Assembly: GCA_963845515.1 (NCBI GenBank)
Contig: CAWJSR010000019.1
Coordinates: 23,558-87,557, forward strand
DNA from: an uncultured delta proteobacterium
GTDB lineage: Bacteria; Myxococcota; Myxococcia; Myxococcales; Anaeromyxobacteraceae
Direction of reading: 5' to 3'
Length of the DNA: 64,000 nucleotides
Under the pieces are notes generated by a model. That model made no database searches. It was not told where the DNA came from and saw only the letters and a program-made list of their open reading frames with translations. Numbering within the stretch: the first letter of the stretch is position 1; each line of letters begins with the position of its first letter. Positions 57,145-64,000 of this stretch are shown one piece after another. The position numbers were made by a program, and so were the translations under genes.

Positions 57145-57316
57145 CTCTTTGTTGCCTCCGAAAGTGTGCGGTGCGGCCTGGTGGCCGCGGGGCACCCTTC
57201 AATGATCGTCCACTGGTTCGGAGGAGCCCTCGGCATGACCCTCGCTCGCGGCGCAGAGGGGAACCCGGATCCATCCCGTTCGTATGCGAACCGGGACGAT
57301 CCGGGAGGGAAAAGCA

Positions 57317-59144
<1,828 letters not shown>

Positions 59145-59574
59145 GAACGGGGGTCCAGGAATGGATTCAGGCAGGCGTGCCGCGGCCCTCGATGGCACCG
59201 GGCGGCCCATTGCGGGCGGGGCCTCTTCCGGGAGGGGGCGACGTCCTCGCGGGGGAAGTCCCTGAGTCCGAGATCGGCGGTGGGGGCATGGGTCGCTGGC
59301 ACCGCGCATGGGATGGCCTTCCTCGGCGCAAACTCGGATCGGGAAGTCTGCCCAACATGTGGAAACTCGGCCGACCCGGTTCAAAATCCCATGCGGCTCC
59401 TTTTGGCGTCGACGTCGACTCGCGTGCGCGGAGCACGGGCAAGCGGATCACCACAGGCATTATAACCTCCCGATCGACGAGCGTTAAGCAGAACCTGAAC
59501 GCCCGGGTGCTCCCGAGGCGGGACAGGTCGAACGCGCCGGCTCGGGCGCGAATCAGGGTCGATCGCGACGTCGC

Positions 59575-60801
59575 TCATGCGACCCTCTCCCCCTCGTCCG
59601 CCGCCAGGATCGGCACGACCGCGGTCTGGAGCCCGCCGGTGACGTGGACCTGCGCCGTCGGCGTCGACGAAGACGTCGACCTCGCTGCGGACGCCGAACT
59701 CGGGCAGGTAGATGCCCGGCTCGATCGAGAAGCAGGTGCGGCGGCAGGACGCAGGCGCTCGTCGTGCGTCTCGAGGTCGTCCATGTTGGCGCCGTTGCCG
59801 TGGACTTCCTGGCCGATGCTGTGGCCGGTGCGGTGGACGAAGTGCTCGCCGTAGCCGGCCTGCGTCGATCACCGTCGCGGCGCGGCGTCGTCGACCTCCC
59901 AGCCCTGCAGCGGCTGGCCGGCGGCGAAGGCCTCGCTGCACGCAGGTCGATCGCCGCGTCGCGGGCCGCGGCGACGATGTGGAAGATCTCGCTCGTACTC
60001 GTCCGGCACCGTCTCGCCGACGAAGCCGACGCGGGTCAGGTCGCTGTAGACGGCCCGCGGCTGGTCGAGCTTGGCCCACAGGTCGATCAGGACGAAGTCG
60101 CCTTCGCGGATCGGCGTGTCGGTCGCCGGCGTCGGGCTCGTAGTGCGGGTCGCCGCTGTGCGGCGCCGACGCCGACGATCGGCGGGTGATAGGTCGTCAG
60201 GCCGTTGTCGGCGAAGTGGTCCATGATCGCCGCCTGCACCTCGGTCTCGCGCGACCGGCCCGCCGTCGCGGACCCGCTCGGCGATGAAGCTCCAGGCGAC
60301 GTCGTAGGCCGAGCGGCGTGTGCGTCGCGGCCTCGCAGGTGCATCGCCCACTGCTCGTCGTCCCAGGTCGCCTCGAACAGCTGGATCAGGTCGCCCGACG
60401 AGACGACCTCGACGCCGAAGCCGCGGACCAGCTCGACCGTGCCGGCGTCGACGCGCGAGACGTACGGGTTGGCGTTGCGCGGCGAGTACTCCATCGCCAC
60501 CCGCTGCGCGCCGCCGACCAGCTCGCGCGACGCCGGCCTCCAGTTCCTGCCAGCGGAGGTAGACGCGTCTTCTCGCCCGGGCAGGTGGTCGAGCGCGCCG
60601 GTCTCGATGCGGTGGACGAGCTTTCGCGGCTGCGCCGCTCGGCCGGGATGAAGTAGAACCAGCCGCCGCGAGGCCATCGGCTCGGCCGGCGAGGTCGAGG
60701 ATGCGCCGGGCCAGCACGTTGCTGCCGCGGAAGTCGTAGAGCAGCCAGCCGTCGAGGCCGAACTCGCGGAGGGCGGCCTGGATCGCGGCGAGGTCGAACA
60801 T
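59575..60801 (-). CDS. M24 family (Xaa-Pro) peptidase, heavily frameshifted
   Basis: GWLLYDFRGSN, MEYSPRNANPYVSRVDAG, LIDLWAK...YSDLTR, FSIEPGIYLPEFGVRSE. Confidence 0.85.
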
Positions 60802-60857
60802 GATCTGCTGGCTCCTCGATCGGACCGGAGGGGCGGAGATCGACCTGAGGCCGACCC

Positions 60858-60887
60858 GAGGGGGATCGGGACCGCCCGATCCCCCTC
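60858..60887. repeat. Perfect 13-bp inverted repeat in a divergent intergenic region
   Basis: GAGGGGGATCGGG-ACCG-CCCGATCCCCCTC. Confidence 0.6.
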
Positions 60888-61134
60888 TCGCGTACCGGTC
60901 TCCCACAGTTTATCGCAGCCGGACGTGGCTCGCCATTGGCTTTCCGACCGTGACAAGGCGGTGCCGTGCGGCCCGCCGGCGGGTCCCAGGGTCCTCGACT
61001 CCCGGCCGATCCGCCTGGTGCGGTTCGCGAAATTCTGGTAGGAGACCCGGGCCGCGTCCGGCCCATCGTGGAGACGGCCGAACGTGGCGGGGGACGCTGG
61101 ATTGTTTCTCGTTGGGGCCCGGGGAGACTTTGAC

Positions 61135-61266
61135 ATGGCGGGGCACGTTCGCGCGATGTGGGTGGTGGTCGGAGTGTTTGTGCTGGCCGTCGCATCCGGC
61201 CCGTCGGGCCGGGCCCAGGGCCTCGGCGGACTTCTGGAGCGGGCGGCCGAGCGGGGGTTGCGTCAG
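61135..61266 (+). CDS. N-terminal fragment of a secreted protein, truncated at the junction
   Basis: GGAG RBS, MAGHVRAMWVVVGVFVLAVASG signal-like sequence, GC-rich codons. Confidence 0.45.
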
Positions 61267-61272
61267 TACATA
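61260..61272. other. Contig junction B/C
   Basis: Abrupt switch from GC-rich to AT-rich DNA inside an apparent ORF. Confidence 0.9.
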
Positions 61273-61479
61273 CGTAATGCACTTGTCAATTATGAAAGAG
61301 GAACAATCGCCGGAAATGGCCCCTACCGAATTGGCCTAAAGCTGCCAATCGGCTGGATTTACGCGGAAGGAATCACCCACTTTGAAGTGGACGAACACGA
61401 TAGATTATTATTAGCCGGGCACGACTATCAAGGCAAGCTCGCAGTATGCCTTGAAATCAGTCTGACACCATTTGTATAA
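61267..61479 (+). CDS. yojF: YojF family protein (5'-truncated)
   Basis: YIRNA...GNGPYRIGLK..GWIYAEG...RLLLAGH..GKLA; immediately upstream of bshB2 as in Bacillus. Confidence 0.85.
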   Translation, partial: YIRNALVNYERGTIAGNGPYRIGLKLPIGWIYAEGITHFEVDEHDRLLLAGHDYQGKLAVCLEISLTPFV

Positions 61480-61497
61480 GGAAAGGAGTTACAATAC

Positions 61498-62164
61498 ATG
61501 GACATTAAAAACGAAAGACATGTCTTAGTGGTTTTCCCCATCCTGATGATGAAGCATTCGGTGTATCAGGTACAATGGCTGCCTATATTGAAAATGGAAC
61601 TCCTGTTACTTATGCGTGCTTAACATTAGGAGAAATGGGCCGTAATTTAGGAGATCCACCGTTTGCGACAAGAGAATCCTTGCCGTTAATCCGAAAAGAA
61701 GAACTTAAAAATGCAGCCAAAGTCCTCGGTTTAGAGGATTTACGAATGCTTGGATATCGAGATAAAACAGTAGAATTTGAGGATCCAGAGAAAATTACTG
61801 CAGATATCACCTCGATAATTAATGAAGTCAACCCTTCATTAATTATTACCTTTATCCAGGCTATGCCGTGCACCCTGACCACGATGCAACTGGAGCTGCT
61901 GTGGTACAAGCAGTGGAACGAATCGCTCCAAGTGAACGTCCAACTCTTTATCTCCTGGCTTTTTCCAATGGGTGTGAACAAGAAATTGGGCAAGCAGATA
62001 TTGTTCATGATGTAACTGAATTTGCACCGAAAAAAATCGCTTGTCTTCTTTCACACCAATCACAAGTACAGCTATTCTCAGGGTTGGAAGAGAAGTATGC
62101 ACTTGGTGAACCTGACGTGGTAGAACGCGTTACGATAGAGCGCTTTTGGACGCATAAGTTTTAA
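61498..62164 (+). CDS. bshB2: Bacillithiol biosynthesis deacetylase BshB2, frameshifts at about 61540 and 61850
   Basis: HVLVVFP-HPDDEAFG, CLTLGEMGRN, HPDHDATG PIG-L motifs; AAGGAG RBS. Confidence 0.9.
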
Positions 62165-62179
62165 GAGTTAAAGTGATTG

Positions 62180-62215
62180 AAAAAGTCGATGGTTATTATG
62201 AACCATCGACTTTTT
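62180..62215. terminator. Bidirectional intrinsic terminator
   Basis: AAAAAGTCGATGGTT-ATTATG-AACCATCGACTTTTT between convergent genes. Confidence 0.85.
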
Positions 62216-62244
62216 ATTTACGAAGAGCTGATTTATATTACAAA

Positions 62245-62496
62245 CTAATGTTTAAATGTTGTTTCAGCAAATTGATTTCCTTTTTTAATGGGCGCTAATG
62301 TGATAGATGCTAGAAAAGTGACTAGCTTTTCAATCGCTAACTGATCTTGTTGTTTATCAACCAAGGTTTCAAGCGTATCCAGGATTTCAGGACTCTTCAT
62401 AATTTTGCTATTTCTAACAGGCATTGATTCTAACTTAACGCGAATCGTACTTAATATATGATTGACGGTTTCAAATTCGTGTTCTTTCTTTTCCAC
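62245..62496 (-). CDS. Small hypothetical protein
   Basis: 83 aa ORF with GGGAGGGG RBS, converging on the terminator. Confidence 0.55.
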   Translation of the reverse strand: MEKKEHEFETVNHILSTIRVKLESMPVRNSKIMKSPEILDTLETLVDKQQDQLAIEKLVTFLASITLAPIKKGNQFAETTFKH

Positions 62497-62754
62497 TATG
62501 ACACTTCCCCTCCCGAATCAAGTTAACCTTGATTAGCATAATCAGAAAATCAATCTTACCTATGCAGTTATCAACCAGTGAAAACTAATTAGACATTCTG
62601 CTTTCTAATAAGAATTAACAAGTTTGATATTCATTATACCTAAAAGTTATGTAAAAATTCCATTGATAAGTTTCGATTTTATTACTTTTTTGTGAATTAT
62701 AGTTGGTTAAAATGGTATATTTCCAATCTCACTTCAAATACTTACTGCCCTCTC

Positions 62755-63415
62755 TCACACTAAGTGGTGCCAAGTTGTGAGATTGTATAAATTGGCGACC
62801 GAATTTGGATTTGTTTTGGAGTATTCACGTAACACCCATCCGATTGCCTTTTGAATAAAAAACTCCTTGCTTTCTGCATTTTGTTCGATGTATCGATACA
62901 ATAGCGGCTCGTTTGTGTCCCCTTTATATTTAAGTTGGAACAAAATTGCTGACCTCCGAAGCCAAAGATGATCCCCATACGCCCATCCTTCAATGTTTTC
63001 TGAAATTACTTCAGGAGACCTTTTGGCAATGGCTCCAACCGACTTGGTTGCAAGTGTATCAACGGTATCCCACCACGACTTTGTGGTGATCAGCCATTCT
63101 AATAGCGTAATATGCGTCCCGTCTAGCTTTTTTCAACGACCTTTCTAAATAGTCAAGTGCTACAAGTTGATACTTTCGCTCCTCCTGATCCCAAAGTTTT
63201 CGTACCCAGTCGGGCTCAAAGGGTTCCTTTAACATACCTGTCTGGCTATAAAACGTTCTCAATAGCCTTGTTCTTTCAGGCTTTTTAATACCCAGGAAAG
63301 GAAACTTATTTCTCATATACTTTGCCATTGGCTCTGCTAAAACCGGATTACGATTATTTTCAAAGTGAAATTCTAACAGTGAAAAATGGTCATCCATTGT
63401 ATCATATTCCTCCAT
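62755..63415 (-). CDS. DNA alkylation repair protein (AlkD-like), frameshifted
   Basis: MAKYMRNKFPFLGIK, SWWDTVD-like segment, EFFIQKAIGWVLREYSK. Confidence 0.85.
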
Positions 63416-63500
63416 TTCAGTGCTTCCTCGTACTTCTTCAAAATGGTTTTCCAAATGAATAAAAGCCACTAAGTTCGTGGCTCTTCCATGTATTCATGTA

Positions 63501-64000
63501 TTAATTTTGTTCATCAGCAATTCTTTGGATTTCCATTTGGATTGCTTGTTTATGCCGATCCACAATCGTAAAATCCATATTTTCAATATAAATCGCCTCT
63601 AGTTGTTCACGTAATGACTTTGCCTTTGCAAGGAAACCTGTTCCTTGCTCCATTTTTCTCGATATTTGACGGTGCACTCTCTTATTGGTTCAGCAAACTT
63701 TTCATCCGTACCTGTGGCGATAATCGTTCCGTACAATTCAATGATTTCATCGCTGTCCCGTGATGGGAAGTATTCATGTGGCGCCGTACTGTCAAAGATG
63801 GCAATTCCCAGTTCACGAATAATGATCATATCCAAACTTTGAGGGTCGAAACCACAATGATAAACTTCGATATCAAAACCTCTTTTTTCTCCTTCAGTGA
63901 CTATCTTTTTTAGCATAGTCGACTTTCCAGAGCCTGGTCGTCCTTTAATAAAATACCGTTTCGGAACATCCTCAGTAAGATTCGGAACAAAGTCAACCGC
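63501..64000 (-). CDS. P-loop ATPase (PRK06851-like), 5'-truncated by the window edge and frameshifted at about 63650
   Basis: RYFIKGRPGSGKSTMLKK, YHCGFDPQSLD, DSTAPH; C-terminus IYIENMDF...EQN*. Confidence 0.8.

Noticed and set aside
61084..61479. Novel secreted YojF fusion protein
   Set aside because: The ORF spans the GC/AT junction and is an artefact of concatenation.
61267..64000. Low-GC horizontally acquired island
   Set aside because: It contains ordinary Bacillus chromosomal genes, begins mid-gene and has no mobility signatures, so it is a different organism's fragment.

Overview
The window looks like a concatenation of at least three unrelated sequences. (A) 1 to about 57315 is a very GC-rich Anaeromyxobacter/Myxococcota-like chromosome segment. 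It carries the pilQ, mglC-like, efp, accB, accC, sgmX-like, exeA-like, tamB, tamA-like run, then folM/pduO-like genes, an orphan circularly permuted ATP-grasp gene, a diguanylate cyclase, a hybrid kinase and sigma54 regulator pair, and a vWA lipoprotein. Next come rarA, nadK, a ParE/RHH toxin-antitoxin insert, recN, a PP2C phosphatase, an M23 peptidase, secA, apt-nlpD-surE, an output-less Cache-HAMP receptor, rarD, a USP and the rubrerythrin/Fe-S/DUF3501 trio. It ends with a nucleotide-enzyme cluster (APH-like kinase, CysC-like kinase, cNMP-CBS-DUF294 nucleotidyltransferase, EAL, DEDDh nuclease), a MotB/OmpA protein, a J-domain protein and an octaheme cytochrome c lipoprotein. (B) About 57316-61266 is a GC-rich, indel-riddled fragment with lepA and an M24 peptidase, possibly planctomycete-like. 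(C) About 61267-64000 is an AT-rich Bacillaceae-like fragment (yojF, bshB2, alkD-like, P-loop ATPase). Frameshifts in conserved genes (accC, tamB, lepA, bshB2) are best explained as long-read indel errors. I saw no rRNA, tRNA, CRISPR array or transposase. The best candidates for undescribed biology are the nucleotide-enzyme cluster at 46965-52003, the orphan CP-ATP-grasp ligase, the output-less Cache-HAMP receptor and the J-domain/zinc-ribbon protein. All family calls come from recognising motifs by eye, not from database searches.
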